The notes under the pieces: generated by a model
Database searches by the model: none
Seen by the model: the letters and a program-made list of their open reading frames with translations, nothing else
What the model was told of the DNA's origin: nothing
NCBI GenBank assembly: GCA_964035575.1
Contig: OZ037839.1
Coordinates: 1,426,001 to 1,490,000 of the forward strand
Direction of reading: 5' to 3'
Source of the DNA: Rhynchopus sp. YZ270_cl-10
Lineage: Eukaryota
Length of the DNA stretch: 64,000 bases
Shown: in pieces, positions 43,901 through 57,400 of the stretch
How the letters are laid out: every line of letters starts with the position of its first letter
Position numbering within the stretch: position 1 is the first letter of the stretch
Program-made: the position numbers and the translations under genes

Positions 43901-45721
43901 ATGGAGGAGGACCCACTCTCCTTCTTCCTTCATTTCTGCTACAAACGCATTCGAGAAGAGGAAAGCGGCGGGGGCAGTGAGTACGACCTTGTGCACATCC
44001 CACAGCACACCGTGGTTTATGAACAGCACTTCCCAAAACAATGGCTTTACTACGAAGGTGTCAGGCTGTACCGGAAGACTGGCAAAGACATCTCCGATAC
44101 AGGGCAGATCTATAAGGCATTTATCGAAGGGACGAATGAGGAGGACACTGAGGAGGTCGTGGCATTCTTTGTCTGCTATTCGAGAGACGTAGATGCGTCA
44201 ACATTGAAGCACACCGGATGGTGTGACGACGATGTCTTCGCCTCTGCCGCCGCCATCTCCGTTGTAACCACCGTTGCACAATGTGACGTCGCTGACGATA
44301 CATTTAAGGTCGCCTTCTTCACTCGAACCACCCTCCGACTCTTTCTTCAAGAACGCGCCAGACGAACCGAAAAAGGTGTTCTCATCAAATTCGCGCAGCC
44401 TCGCGGCAAACATGTAGAGTACGTGAAAGTTCATTGGACCCCCCATGTCAGCACTGTGGTACATCGTGTGAACAAACACCTTGTTGCAAAGAGGGAGGGT
44501 GGGTTGTATGCAAGACATATGGCATTTAAGAACCTACTGCACCATGTGGAGCAGCATAATGCGAATAGGCTGTTAGCAGAAATGTTGATTTGTGTGAGTA
44601 ACCGTTTCGTGCGGGACCTTGAGGCGCACCACGAGAGGGTGAAGGTGCAGGAAGTGACCTTCTTTTTCCAGCCGCTGAAGACCGGGGACGTCGCGTTTGT
44701 CTTCTGCAACCACTGCGTGGTGAGGCAACGGCGCCCTCCGTGCACCTCCCAGCAGCTTACCCTCCGACGTCGCAAAACAAACCTACACGACAGCGTCAAG
44801 GCGCACAGCAAGGATGCTATCCTTCCCGCAGAGCGGCGGAACAACAACGACAGTACCCCACCCCCCGATGCGACGAAAGCTATTTACCGGGCCCTACGAA
44901 CTGCCACTGTGTCCGAAAAATTTGAGTTTTTCAAAACCCACGTTGTTCCGAGGTATGCTGGAGCGATGAAGGGGGCGAATGTGTTTTCTTCTTCGTATGT
45001 CACGGATCGGGAGGAGTATTTAGTACAGCGCTTCCAGCTGCTGCACAGAGACGTTGCGACGAAGCAGATGCGGCACAAATCGCACACCGCCGTAGGAAGC
45101 AAGCGAGGGGGTATGGTGGAAGCACAGCCACGCTCGCTCGCACAGCTGGCCTTCAATTTAATGGAGAAGGCTGACCCTGCCTTAGAAGGAGCCTTGCAAG
45201 AGTCCTCTGTGTTCGCGCACCTCGTAGATACTGTAGCGGGGAGTCGTCTGGCCGCGTGTGCAGCAGCGATTAGTGTGTTTGAAATATGCGTCGTACTGTG
45301 TAATGGTAACGCAAAGCAGCTAGTAGGAGAGCCGGTTACCATAGAAGAAATGAAGACCTTCCGTGCCCGCGCGCTGTACGTGGCGACGCAAAGGGAGCGA
45401 TCCTGCAAGGCAGTGAACTACGTGTTCGAGCCAGACCCAAACCGGGTCCTCACCTTCACCTCCGTTCCCAAGCATGCACCCTCCCTCAAGGACCGTGCAC
45501 GCTGCATAAAAAGCAAATTCGACCCACAACTAAGCCTCCCCGCGACAGACCGGGGTGCCGAAGGGGGGGTAGGCCGTGCCCTGGCAACGTTCCAACATCT
45601 GCACCCTGATGAAGCAGCGGTAGAGGGGTACAGAGCGAGGACAATGCACCGTGCGCGGCAGGCTGTCGAGGAACACAGGGCGAAGATGAAGATAGCACTG
45701 AAGAAATCCCCCGATATGTGA
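43901..45721 (+). CDS. Hypothetical protein (606 aa)
   Basis: Long ATG-initiated ORF with coding-like GC composition after a polypyrimidine/AG tract. Globular-looking N-terminal half. No function recognised. Confidence 0.75.
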   Translation: MEEDPLSFFLHFCYKRIREEESGGGSEYDLVHIPQHTVVYEQHFPKQWLYYEGVRLYRKTGKDISDTGQIYKAFIEGTNEEDTEEVVAFFVCYSRDVDASTLKHTGWCDDDVFASAAAISVVTTVAQCDVADDTFKVAFFTRTTLRLFLQERARRTEKGVLIKFAQPRGKHVEYVKVHWTPHVSTVVHRVNKHLVAKREGGLYARHMAFKNLLHHVEQHNANRLLAEMLICVSNRFVRDLEAHHERVKVQEVTFFFQPLKTGDVAFVFCNHCVVRQRRPPCTSQQLTLRRRKTNLHDSVKAHSKDAILPAERRNNNDSTPPPDATKAIYRALRTATVSEKFEFFKTHVVPRYAGAMKGANVFSSSYVTDREEYLVQRFQLLHRDVATKQMRHKSHTAVGSKRGGMVEAQPRSLAQLAFNLMEKADPALEGALQESSVFAHLVDTVAGSRLAACAAAISVFEICVVLCNGNAKQLVGEPVTIEEMKTFRARALYVATQRERSCKAVNYVFEPDPNRVLTFTSVPKHAPSLKDRARCIKSKFDPQLSLPATDRGAEGGVGRALATFQHLHPDEAAVEGYRARTMHRARQAVEEHRAKMKIALKKSPDM

Positions 45722-46645
45722 AGAGCTTTGGCGTTTGGTTTTGTTGAGCAAAAAAAAAAAAAAAAAAGACACCGTGTTCCGTAACCGTAGGTGGGTGGTG
45801 GAGGAGAGAGTGAGAGTGAGAGTGTTTCAACACTTTCGTCGTATGGTGGGTTGGGTTGTGTGTTGTGTTCCCAGAGAGAGCTTACGCTTTCTGTTCGGGG
45901 AGACACTCTTCACAGTGCTACAGTTAACCCAGAAAGCACCCAAACAAGGAAAAAAATCTTGGAAGGAAAAACGATTCTCGACCCCCCAGATTTTTACAAA
46001 ACCCCACTATCCCCCACACAAGCCTGACCATCTGACTGAGAGGAAGCGGGAGTAGAGTACATCAGATTGTTAACCTTGAAATGGATTGTGTACCTTGCGT
46101 TATCGGGGTCCACCCCGGTACGGTCATTTTGTACCAAGGTACACTCACAAGCGGGTAATTATATTTCAAGTGGACTGCATGGTTGGGTGTCCAGCCGGTC
46201 ATTGTACCAAGGTAACACTGTTCACGAGAGGGCTGTGTATTTCAACTCTACTGGTGTGGCTGAAGGGGGGCTATTTTCTGCTATTCTGAGCAATCTGGAT
46301 TTTTTTTGGTGCGGCTGAAGGGAGGTGCTATTTTGTGCTACTTTCTGCTATTTTGGGGTCGTCAGCCACACCACAGTCTACCGTCTTTTTTTAAAATGTC
46401 GCCCTCCCCTGCACATGTACCCTTCACACACACCATCCACCTCCACCATCCAGCTTCATTCTGCTACACAATATAACCAAAAAACAACCACAACATCCCC
46501 TGCCCCTTCTTACACACAACTACTTTTTTTGCGTGCAACCTACCCCCTTTTATTATTCTTCCCTTTTTTTTCTTCTAAGTTCTTTGAAGAAGAAAACCCC
46601 CTCTCTTTTGTTCTTAGCTTCCTTCTTTTTTTACTTCTTTTTAAA

Positions 46646-47248
46646 ATGCAGATGATGCCGGAACAGTGTGTGAGCGCGATGCCGAAGAAGGGTGGTCGTG
46701 GAGCGAAGGGAGGACGGACGAGGAACACTCGCCCGAAGAAGTCTGCTGCGACGAACAGAACCCAGCAGGATTTCTTCGACAGAATCAGCAAGCCGACCCC
46801 CTCGAACAACAGCAACGTCAGCACTGCAAGCACCCACAACGCGACGCACGCACGCCACAACACCAACCACCATGCACCCCTTGAGGTCCGCACCTCCAGC
46901 CTCGCATCGTCCATCTCCTCTGTCGATGCGTCTGGCTCAAGCGTTGCTTCCCCTACCACACGCCTTTCTGAAAGCACGACCCCACCCCCAGCACTCTCCT
47001 GGGGCTGCCTCGATGTGATGGACCACCCTTCGGCAGGCGGCTGGGTCTGGCGCGAGCACGCCGCCCTCCCACCTCCTCTCGTCGCGCACGACGACGTTTT
47101 TCCAGAGTTGGAAACACTTCTCAAGAGGACAGCATCAGAGGAGCTTGTCGAAGGCGGAGCTGACGATGAACTCAGTGTGAACGACGCTGACATGCTGCGT
47201 GACCTTCTAGGAAACTGTCTTGCATTGGTGGATGAGGAAGATCTGTAG
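46646..47248 (+). CDS. Hypothetical low-complexity protein (about 200 aa)
   Basis: ATG at 46646 after a long pyrimidine tract. GC-rich coding-like block. Basic N-terminus, Ser-rich middle, acidic C-terminus. Confidence 0.6.
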   Translation: MQMMPEQCVSAMPKKGGRGAKGGRTRNTRPKKSAATNRTQQDFFDRISKPTPSNNSNVSTASTHNATHARHNTNHHAPLEVRTSSLASSISSVDASGSSVASPTTRLSESTTPPPALSWGCLDVMDHPSAGGWVWREHAALPPPLVAHDDVFPELETLLKRTASEELVEGGADDELSVNDADMLRDLLGNCLALVDEEDL

Positions 47249-48198
47249 AAAAAAAACATAACATGAATTTTAGTGAAAAAAAAACCAAAAAAGAAATATT
47301 GTCATGAGTTGAGTTGGGACAGTTCACTAAAAAAGTTGATTTTTATTTTATTTTTACATGGCGCGTGCCTTTTTTTTTGAATTTTCATCTTGCTTGTCCG
47401 CGAAAAGAAACCCCCCATTTTTTTATTATTATTTTGCATTTTCCCCGTGGAAAGACTGCTCAGGATTACTTTGTTCCTTTTTTTCGACGATTGAGCGCAG
47501 CGAGGCTCACTTTCATTTGACATTTTTTTGTTTTTTTTTGTTTTTTTTTTTTTTTTTTTGCCTTTTTATTCTCCCCTCATTCAAAACCCCTTCTCTCTCT
47601 CCCTCCCTCTCCCTCCCTCCATTCTCCCCTTGCATTCGCTTTGCTACCCCTCTTCACACCCCCCCGCTTCCACTCCCCCCGTCGCTTCCTTGTATTTTTT
47701 TTTATTCCCCCTCCACACCCCCTTTTCTGAGAATTATTTTTTAAAGGTGATCTCCCGCAGCGAGAGGCTTAGGTTAGGCATCTTATTATCATTTTTCTCT
47801 CTCTCTCCCTCCCTCCCTCTTTTATATTATATGTGGAGAGTCTATATTACCTCCTCCACCCCAAAAAAAAAACCCCCCTTTTTTTTTTCTCAAAATTTTT
47901 TTTCTCAATTTCCCCTTCTCCCACTACAATATAGTGCAAAAAAAAAAAAAAAGCAGAGAGTTTCCAATTATAGTACTTCAAAGGATATTTTTTACACTCA
48001 AGGAAAAGGTGTGCTGTCTGTATCTTTTCAAAAAAAGGTCATTTTTTTTTTTAGAGCCCATCCATTGTGCATGACAGTGAAAGAAATGAATTGATCTGAG
48101 GGTGTGTGGGGGGGTCGACATAATTCAATAAACAATCGCTATTTTTTTTTCTCTTCTAGCATATGCGGCTCTAAACAATCCCCCCCAAATGAATACTA

Positions 48199-48626
48199 CT
48201 GGGGGGGGGGCTAATAAAGTATACGGTGCTAATAAAGTATACGGGGGTAATAAAGTATACGGCGCGGAAACCCATTTTGAGCGTGGAAATCTGTGAAATA
48301 AAGCAAGATGGGGTCACTTTGCGCTTAGAAATGAATATTTTTGACCTAAAACGCGTGTATCAGTTTTCACACGATTGGTGCCTGATGGGGTTCAGATTTG
48401 TGAAAATTTAAGTCACCAAAAAATTGTTCATTTTTCCACATTGACCCCACCACTGGCTGGGATTGGCCCAAAAATGTCAATGGTGGTGTTTTCGCGAGGT
48501 TTCGGCCACTAGAAACCCCAAAATAACAGTGATTTTTTTTTTCCCCCCCTTTTTCGTTTTTTTGGCCATTTAAGCAGTAATTCCCGCCGAATAAAGTATA
48601 CGTATACTTTAATAGCTCCCCCCCAG
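48199..48626. mobile_element. TA-flanked MITE (CTGGGGGGG..GCTA(A/T)TAAAGTATACG ends)
   Basis: About 27-bp TIR, TA at 48197-48198 and 48627-48628, repeated TAAAGTATACG motif. Confidence 0.8.
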
Positions 48627-49172
48627 TAGGGTCAACAGGAATTAGTCGCTATCTTAACAAAGAAGCGTACCTACCTCTCAACTTACAAAGTACTACAATG
48701 AAATGCAATACAAAACAAACAGAGTAGCAAAAACAAAAACAAAAAACAACAAAGTTGAAACAAACTTTTTCAAAACCCCCCCCCCCCCCCCCCCCAAATG
48801 AATACCTAGGGTATTTGGGTTTAGGTTCCCCAAAGAGGTTCCTAGGTTCAGAACTATCCTATCTTGGACACAAGAAAAAAACAAAAAAACAAAACAAGAG
48901 CAACAAAGCAAACACACCAAAAAAAACTTCATAAAAACCCAAAATACCCTATCTTTGTCACAAAAAAAAATAATAGCATTTCAATGAATCGCGAAAGGCC
49001 CCCCCGATGCTTTTATTGGGCGTGACTTTCGTGATTTTATTGTACCAAATTTTTTTTTTCTTCAAAAAAAAAAAAAAAAGGCAAGGGTACTTCTTTAGCA
49101 CCCTCTGTACCTTCTTTTCATTAGAAAAAGAATGTATATGAAACAATTTTCTTCTTTTTTCTCTTCAGAATA

Positions 49173-49203
<31 letters not shown>

Positions 49204-50353
49204 CATTTCCCCGAATTTAACAGCTTACTCTCTCTCCCCAAGGAGTCAACTACTCTCCTGTATATTTTTTTTTGGTCAAAAAAAAGTTGATCTTTCTCCC
49301 GTTTATTTAAGGACGACTGAGCTGAGGGCTTCGGTTCATCTTTAAAAAAAAACAATTTTCTTCTTTTTCTTGATGATCCCTCACCATATACTATCAATTT
49401 ATTGATTGCATATGATGAAAATACTTATTGTTGCTCCATAATGGAGGGCTTTGCATTTCAAGTCATATTTTTAGGTGACGAAGTTTTAAGGAGTATGAGA
49501 GGCTTAGGTTCACCTCATAAACCTTTTTTTTTTGGTGGACAAAGAGAGACATTTGTCGCACCCTCTTTGCTTTCTTTTCGTTTCGTTTAAGAAAAGAAAG
49601 TACCGTGGTGTCTCTTATTTTCGAGCAATGAATGTTCGTCTAATAATGAACTTTCGTCTGAAAGCTTATTTTCGTTTAAGGTTTTGGTTAATAAAGTAAA
49701 ATGTCCGTGCAGTATTATAACTTTCGTTCTCGAATTTGGGTCGTTTTTTTGTTCGAAAATAAGAGACACCACGGTATATGAAATAATTTTTTTGGTGGAC
49801 AAACTTTTTTGCCCCCTTATTTTTTATAAGATGTGTGTACACGAGAGGCACTTTCCTATTCATCTGATAAATTTTCCCTTTTTTTTTCTTTTCTTTTTTC
49901 TTTTTCAGATGTGCATGCAGGAGAAGTGTATTCATCTTATATTTAAGGTGGCTAAGCACGAGAGGCTTAGGGTCATCTTATAAACTTTTCTTTATTTTCT
50001 TGCGTCCGACGAATAATGGTGGGGTTGTTAGCACTTTTCAGTTTACGCTGGGAGTCCTATTGCCTCGTAATGCATTTGTTTCTCGGGTGCCTAAGTAGTG
50101 AGGCTTAGGTTCATCTTACAAAAAAAAACCCCTTTCTAACTACTACTGCTACACTTCCTTCTTTTTATTGGGAAAGGTGGAACAAAAGGGGGGGGGGGGG
50201 GGGGGGGAGTTTCTCTCGTCGTAAAACGCAGCAAAGCAGAAAATCATTGTTGCCCGTTTTGAAAGGAGATGCTTCACCCCCTCGGTCAACGCGCCCCCCC
50301 CAACAAAAAAAAAAGGAAAAAAAAAAATTTTTTTTAGACAGTTGTACGTTGTA

Positions 50354-52148
50354 CATGGATGTCCAAAGTACTTGAAGTATATCAAGTACTTGATCCCCCA
50401 AAAAATCCAATACTTGATACTTCAAGTACTTGACACCCTATTTTTTTTTCTAGTACTTTTTTACTTGTTCTCCCTCTGTCAAGTACTTTTTTCACAAAAA
50501 AAAACGTCAAGTACTTGATCAAGTACAAAAAAAAAGTGGGTACTTGATCAAGTACTTGACGTTTTTTTGCGAAAACAAGTACTTGACAGACTCTGCCAGA
50601 GGGTAAAAAAGTAAAAAAGTACGAGAAAAAAAAATAGGGTATCAAGTACTTGCAGGGCTCTCAAGATCCTCCACGAAAAAAGCAGAATTTTCGAAATGAG
50701 GAGGATTCATTTTTGCAAAAAAACCCCCCCAAAAAAAAAATTTCCCCCCCGCAACAAGCGGTCGTCGCGCGCTTCGCGCGCGCCTCCCTGACAGCCACAG
50801 AGCGGAGAGGCGGGTCAATTTTGCGAGATAACAAAAAACGGAAATCTAATCCTTTCTCTTGCACCGTACGCTCCACGAACCGTACAAAACCCATACGTCT
50901 TCCAGAAGCAGGGGCTGATGCAACGGCAGGTAATTTTTAAAAATGGCAAAAATTTTGCAGCTTTGGTCACGTTGCATTTTTTGGCTGCAAAATGCAAGGG
51001 TATCCAAAGACATTGCCAACTCTATTTTTTTGCGGAGCAAAAAAATAATATAAATGGCGCCGCAGGCGAAAAAAAATTGGGGTACGGTGTAAAAATGCTT
51101 CCTTTTACACCACAGAATCACTCAACGAACCCTTTTTTTGAGTAGCAAAAAATGAAAATGGCGCCGCAGGCAAATTTTTTTAAAGGTGCAGCCCTGGACG
51201 GTGCATACAGGCTCGGGAAAATATTGGCTCCCTCGGGGGAGACAAAGTGACCCCCCACTATAAAACCCCTAGGAGGATAATCCTCCACCCGAGCCCCAGT
51301 GATGTATATAGGTATCTTTATGTGGGACCAAATCCCACAAAAAATCGAAAAAAAAAAAAAAAAACTATAGAATTTCGGGATTTTTTGCAATTTTTACCTT
51401 ACCTTACAGGGCTCTAAGAGGGGTCCCGAAGGGACTCCAGAGCAACGCGACCCCACCATGAAGAGCACGGTCGTCAAGAAGCCCAAAAAACGAGTCGGGA
51501 TTCCGCAAAAAGGTGTTCTCTGAGTGACTCGTGGTGTAAAAAACTAGATTTTTACACCGCACCATGCATTTTTTTCGCCTGCGGCGCTATTTTATCTTAT
51601 TTTTTTTGCTCCGCAAAAAAAAATATAGTTCCCAGTGTCTTCCCTTGTCAGCAGTGCTGAATTTTTGGGGGAAAAAACAAGCTTACCCCGATCTTGAAAT
51701 CTGGATTCCTGGAGAAGACACTAGTTTTTCATACACAAAAACAATGACTGCCTCATACAAAACCACCGTATGGTGGGTGCTGGCTGTTTAAAACCCTGCA
51801 CACCCCCACGCGAAAAACAAAAAAAAGGGGGTTTCCCACATATTTCCCCCTTTACTGCACCCCCACCACCCCTATATACATTACTGCCGAGCCCTCCAAA
51901 AAAAAAAAAAAAAATGGAGGAAATCCTCCACCAAAAAAGCCTGAAAAAAAAAAAAAAAAAGCCCCTGGAGGAAATATCCTCCCCTACGTGGAGGATCTTG
52001 AGAGCACTGAGTACTTGATTTCTGTCAAGTACTTGATCAATCTTCAAGTACTTGACTGTCATTTTGAGAGGAAAAAAAAGGGGGGTCAAGTACTTCAAGT
52101 ACCATAAAAAATCCAAAAAAAGTACTTCAAGTACTTTGGACATCCATG
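50354..52148. mobile_element. Non-autonomous TIR element with CATGGATGTCC ends and many CAAGTACTTG motifs
   Basis: 26-bp perfect TIR CATGGATGTCCAAAGTACTTGAAGTA. GTTGTA directly repeated on both flanks (50348-50353, 52149-52154). Internal inverted repeat about 51008-51096 / 51549-51640. Confidence 0.85.
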
Positions 52149-52813
52149 GTTGTACACATTTTTCAAAAAAAAAATTTCATTTCCCACTCAACGCGTTTTT
52201 TCGCACCCATGTCGATAGCAATAAAGATGTGTGGTGTGTACGCGATACATTTCATTCATATTTCAACTTTATCTTTTTTCGTTTTTTTTTTCTTTTTGTT
52301 TAGTTCAGCTGCACAGGAGCGTTTTAGTTTTGTTTTTTTTTTAAAGTAAAAATGTTTTATTTTGTATGTATTTTGCTGCATTTTTTTTTTTGCTAAATTT
52401 TGTAAAAATATTTTATACTTTTTCAACGTTGTTTTTTTTTTACTTTTTTTTGATTTACTTCAAAAGGTGCCGTGCAGACCAAGACACCATCATTTCACAT
52501 CAATTCAAATCAAAAAAAAAAAAAAAAACTACACTACTCCAACAATTTATCAAAAGAAAACCCCCACCTTTCAGTCCCATGATGACCACAAAGATACACA
52601 TCCTTGTTAATCTATGAACCCAGCATTTTTTGCGACTGGGTGACCAAGCGTGAGAGGCTTAGGTTCAACGTTACTGATCTCCACCCCCCCTTTTTTTGTA
52701 TATTCTTAGTCGTCCGTTGAAGGGCGTTTGCACTGTCAAAAAAAATTTACTACTATTTTCAATTGAACCAAAACCTGGTCTTGTCCCTGAAATCTATTTT
52801 ATTCGTTATTGCC

Positions 52814-53212
52814 TTATTGAGAAAAATACACATATTTTATCGTACCTGATGTAAGAACACCCAGCCATGGAAAATCCGTGGAAAATGGGAGCTGTTAGTT
52901 GATACGAGAGTCAAGGGTCCCACTGATTTTGCACGGTAGCTATTGCTTTGCAAGATTATAGCCAGCCGTTTAGGCTGGGGTTTAAAGAGGTGGTGTGGGC
53001 TTGCCGAGCGGTTGTGAACCGCCTCCGTTCTCTTACGGTACGGGCTACTCACGTCTCACCCTTGGCATGTGATCGACCGAGCTGCGTTCAAGCATGTTTC
53101 AACTACTCTTTTTTTTTGTTTTTATTGAGAAAAATACACATATTTTATCGTACCTGATGTAAGAGCACCCTGCCATTCTTCCGTGGAAACAGAAGCTGTC
53201 GTTTGACACGAG
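52814..53212. repeat. Direct repeat, offset about 308 bp
   Basis: TTATTGAGAAAAATACACATATTTTATCGTACCTGATGTAAGA at about 52814 and 53122, with diverged continuation. Confidence 0.7.
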
Positions 53213-54477
53213 AGGCTTAGTTTGATCGGATTGGCGAAGTGAAGTGTAGTGGGACCTTGTTGGTTCCCTTTTACAGCACCAAGTTTTTTCATATTTTTAA
53301 AAAAAAAATTCTCACAAATTGCGATGCAGAAGAAGAGCCGAGCATCTTGCAAATATTTTATAGGAGTCGTAAAGCTTTCCCCCCACGGTGCAATGACAGT
53401 CATTGTTTCGCTACAAAAAACATAACATAAATGTGGCCAAAACACTGTCATTTTACTCTGTATTTTTATGTTGTATGCGTTCCGTCTGCCCACATTTTAC
53501 AAACGTTTGTTTTTGTTTTGGTTTGTTTTTTGTTTTGTTTTTGTTTTGTTTTGTTTTTAATACCTAGTGAAGGCGTTTTTAAGGATCCTGTGAAGAAAAA
53601 AAATTGTGGCTGCTATCTTGTGGTAGTAGTCTATAGTGAAACACAATTTTATACCTAGAGTGATTGAGTGAGGCATTTCCAACAAAGCTGTTCTGAATCC
53701 CGTCGCTATTTATTCAAGAGTTTTGATCACATCCTGTTTCAAAAGTAAATATTTGTGAAAGTGCATCCTTGGGTGTGTTGGGCATTATTGTAAATCAAGT
53801 TGTTTTTCAACAAATAAAATAGTGGAGTTCATCCTCGGGTGTCTACACTAATACAACCAAGTTTTCGAAAAAAGAAACAGCAAATCGAACTTTATCCCCC
53901 TGCAGTGTTTTCTTCATGATTTTTTATTTCCTATTTTCAGACGTTGTACACCAGAGGGCATATTCAACTTTCATGTTTCCCTTTCTTTGTTTGCAGTCCT
54001 CTTTTTTCCTCCAAAGCACAGCAATAAAGCCAATTACTGCACTCATTTAACCCTTGCATCACCGCTCATTTGCTTGAGCATGGCAAAACACAAAGAAAAC
54101 AAAAGCAAAAAAAAAAAAAAAAAATCACTTCAAAAACCATTTTTCAGTCGTCTAAATATGGGCGTCCAAAAAAGGTTACCCACCGAGCTTATTTTGGACT
54201 CCAAGTTTTCTTGGAGTTACTGTAGACTCTCTTTACACAAAAAGGGGGAGTAGTGCTTTCAAGAGGTAAGTACGAGGTTGAGGTTTATCTCATTGACCTT
54301 TTGTTCCCTCTTTTTTTCGTAGATACTTTTGTTGCCCATTAGTCAGTATTACAGCCGAGTTTTTTTTTTTCTCTCCCCCCCTTTCCCAGTAAAACATACA
54401 ACCGTGTCTTGTTTCCCTGCCTTCGTGTGAATCAATTTCATACGATTTTTTGTACCAAAAAAAGGGGTGGTCTCGTA

Positions 54478-57400
54478 CACGGTGGAGTCTACCCGGGGGG
54501 GAGTTACTCTTTGGGGGGGACTTAAAGGGGGACTCAAAGAGTCCCCCTAGGGGGACTATAGAGTCCCCCTAGGGGGACTATGTAGTCCACCTAGGGGGAC
54601 TATAGTCCCCCTAGGTGGACTCTTTTGGTGGGTTCTTGTGGGTTGTGGGGGCTGGTGCTGACAGGTATGTACACACCAGGGGGGTGGTGAGGGTCCCAGA
54701 TGGGGCCCAGGGAGGTAAAAGGTCATGCTATGCATATCATTGCACAGTTTATACAGTGCAAATTGTTGTTTGCTATTAGATGCGATACAATGACAGAGTC
54801 TTGTTGCTTATTTCCTTTCAGTCCTCAGTTGTTAACGCCTGATGTGGTTTGCATGTTTGAAATGTATAGCTATGAGAGCAGCTGCGCACGGGAGACGTGC
54901 CGAGAGAAGGAGCCGTCGCCATACTGGATAAGGCGACGGCCTACAACCATCCAGACCCACCCCAACTCCAGGGATGGACCCTCGGTCGCTGTCGTGATGA
55001 TGGAGTCCCTCTACGGCAGCAGCCCCTCCTGGGCCTCCCCCCCACCAGCACCTTCATCATGTGCGCCAGGCAGGCACCTACATCGCCATATATACTCTCC
55101 GCACTCCACTCCAACATACTCAGGTCGATGCACCTGGGTGGCTACACCACAGATGATGCGAGCGGTGTTAAAGGACGCTAGCGACCACCCCGCCTGGCAG
55201 AAGACCCCCGAGAAGACCGCACGCAAATGGCTTGCGAAAGCACATCGTGGATACCTCCGTGACTGCAGCACGCGATTGCAAGAACACCCGCCTGCTGATG
55301 CGACTGCTCGTGGAGGTGCACCCCGACACCGACCTCCGTCGCGTATCGGGCATCGACGGCGCGCTGAGGATGAGACCGCAGGCAGCCTCACGCGAGAGGG
55401 TGGTGTGGCTGAAGCCGGAGCACAGCCTCAAGGCTCGTGAAGCAGCATTGCTGCATCACGGGAGGGTGATGATCGCCTCACCCAAATATTTTGGGCTTGT
55501 CGTACGCCCCGTCCAGGAACGCAGCGCATGCGCCGCCAGAAGTCGCTCCTCATGCGGGCCCAAAGACCACCCAACCGCGGACTTTGTCGCCGCACTCAAC
55601 AACAGCGGCCTCGCGTGCGCAACGCAGACCGTGCCGAGCACTGGGAAGACCTGGTGCGTTAAGTTAACATCATGACACCCGTCCCCAAAGACGCATGTGT
55701 CATCAAGGGAAGCCGGTGATGGCTTGCCAGGCCCAGCCTGGTCACCGATTCAGAAGCAGGAAGAGGGCGGGCCCGGCCACACCCGACAGCGCCAAGCCTG
55801 AGGCGAAACGGCCATGCAAGCCGAAAAAAAGGGGGCAAAAGAAATAGTAAGATCGGTCGGTAAGTAAAGTTGCTTCGTTCATTGCACAAACAAAATAGCA
55901 GCAACACGACCACTGCAGCCGAGGGAGAGGAGTCGAGGGAGGAGCTGCAGAGGCAGAACCTCGACCTTGTGCGACAGCTGGTGGAACTGAAGCAGCAGAT
56001 AGCGTGACGGCACAGCTCACCGTCACCACCAACCAAGACACTGCGATGACAGCAAAGACCCCTTCTCAAGAGGTCTCTGCCACCTCCACAACTGGGATGC
56101 ACTCCACGCTCCCTAACCCCGGACCCAAACCCCTCAAGTGTCTCTCCGACAACATCAACGGATTGACACAAACGACACGATCAGAAGCTGACGTGCCGTC
56201 TGCAGGACACGGCGTTTGATGCAGGGGTGCAGGTTGTGCTTGCCCGCCGCTTTGCCGACATCAAGTGTCCTGCTCAGTACAGTGTTACGCATACGGGAGA
56301 CAACGGGTCACTGTCGCGTTGTGGAACGCTCTGCATCTATAGTAGCAGGCGTGGCATGTTGGCGGCTTCGACACAGAAACCTACGAGCCTGTCTTCTCAT
56401 TTGATTGATGCGGACAATTATGTGTACGGTGCGCCTGCCATCTCTCAGTGCAAGACACGCTGCTACCTGCCTTGTGGGGATTGCCTTCTCAAGGTTGCAC
56501 TTCCGGGTGGGGAGGTGGTCCGCAAAGTCGACTGCGCTTCGTGGACCTTGTTCTCCTGTGGCAGTGTTGTTGTCTCGTATGGCAAAGACGGCGTCTCTGT
56601 GTATGACGAAGACCTGACGTTGCTCTGCTCTCTCTCGCACGAAGAGTGTGTTACTCTACTGCTCGCCCAAAAAGAGTACGGCGTTGTCTGCCTTAAGGAA
56701 CTCAAAGCGAGCCAGACAGGCGACATTGGCTTCGACGTATACATTATGTATGATACAAACGCATGCGTATCCAAAAGCGTGCGAAGGGGGCGACGGCATC
56801 GGGAGGCGGCATCTACGTCCGCACCACACGCACATACAAACACATCTTCACTTCTCCAGAGAGCAGCGTGACGGAGAGACTCGCCTTCGAAGTGGAAGGT
56901 GTGCGATTCTGCAATATGCACAGGCCAAGTGCGGCAAGGCCTGCACAAAAATAACACACTGCGTGCCGACGGCAACGTTTCAGAACTGCCCACACAAGGG
57001 AAGGTGGTGGTTGCGGGGACGTGAACGCGCACCACCGATCCTGGGCACACTGCACTACAAGACGCTATGCCACTGCACAAAAAAGGGAAAGACATGACTG
57101 ACCCTCGTACCGCCCGATCTCCCTTACCGGCAGTGTGTCGAAGGTGATGGAGAAACTGGTGAGGCGACGCATGCACCAACTGATGAGCCAGCCAGACTCT
57201 TCAGTGAACAACCTCCACTCAGCTTAGGACGAGCCACCCTCGTGCTCCACCGGAAGGCAGCAAAGGTGATCACCGGTGCGACTACATGTCGCACGGTCAG
57301 GACGTGTTGTGGGAGGCACCGCAGACCACAGCGTACTACCAACGACTACGAGAAGTTTGTAGGACTGCCCGGCTCGCTTGGGCATGCTGTGTTTAACAAA

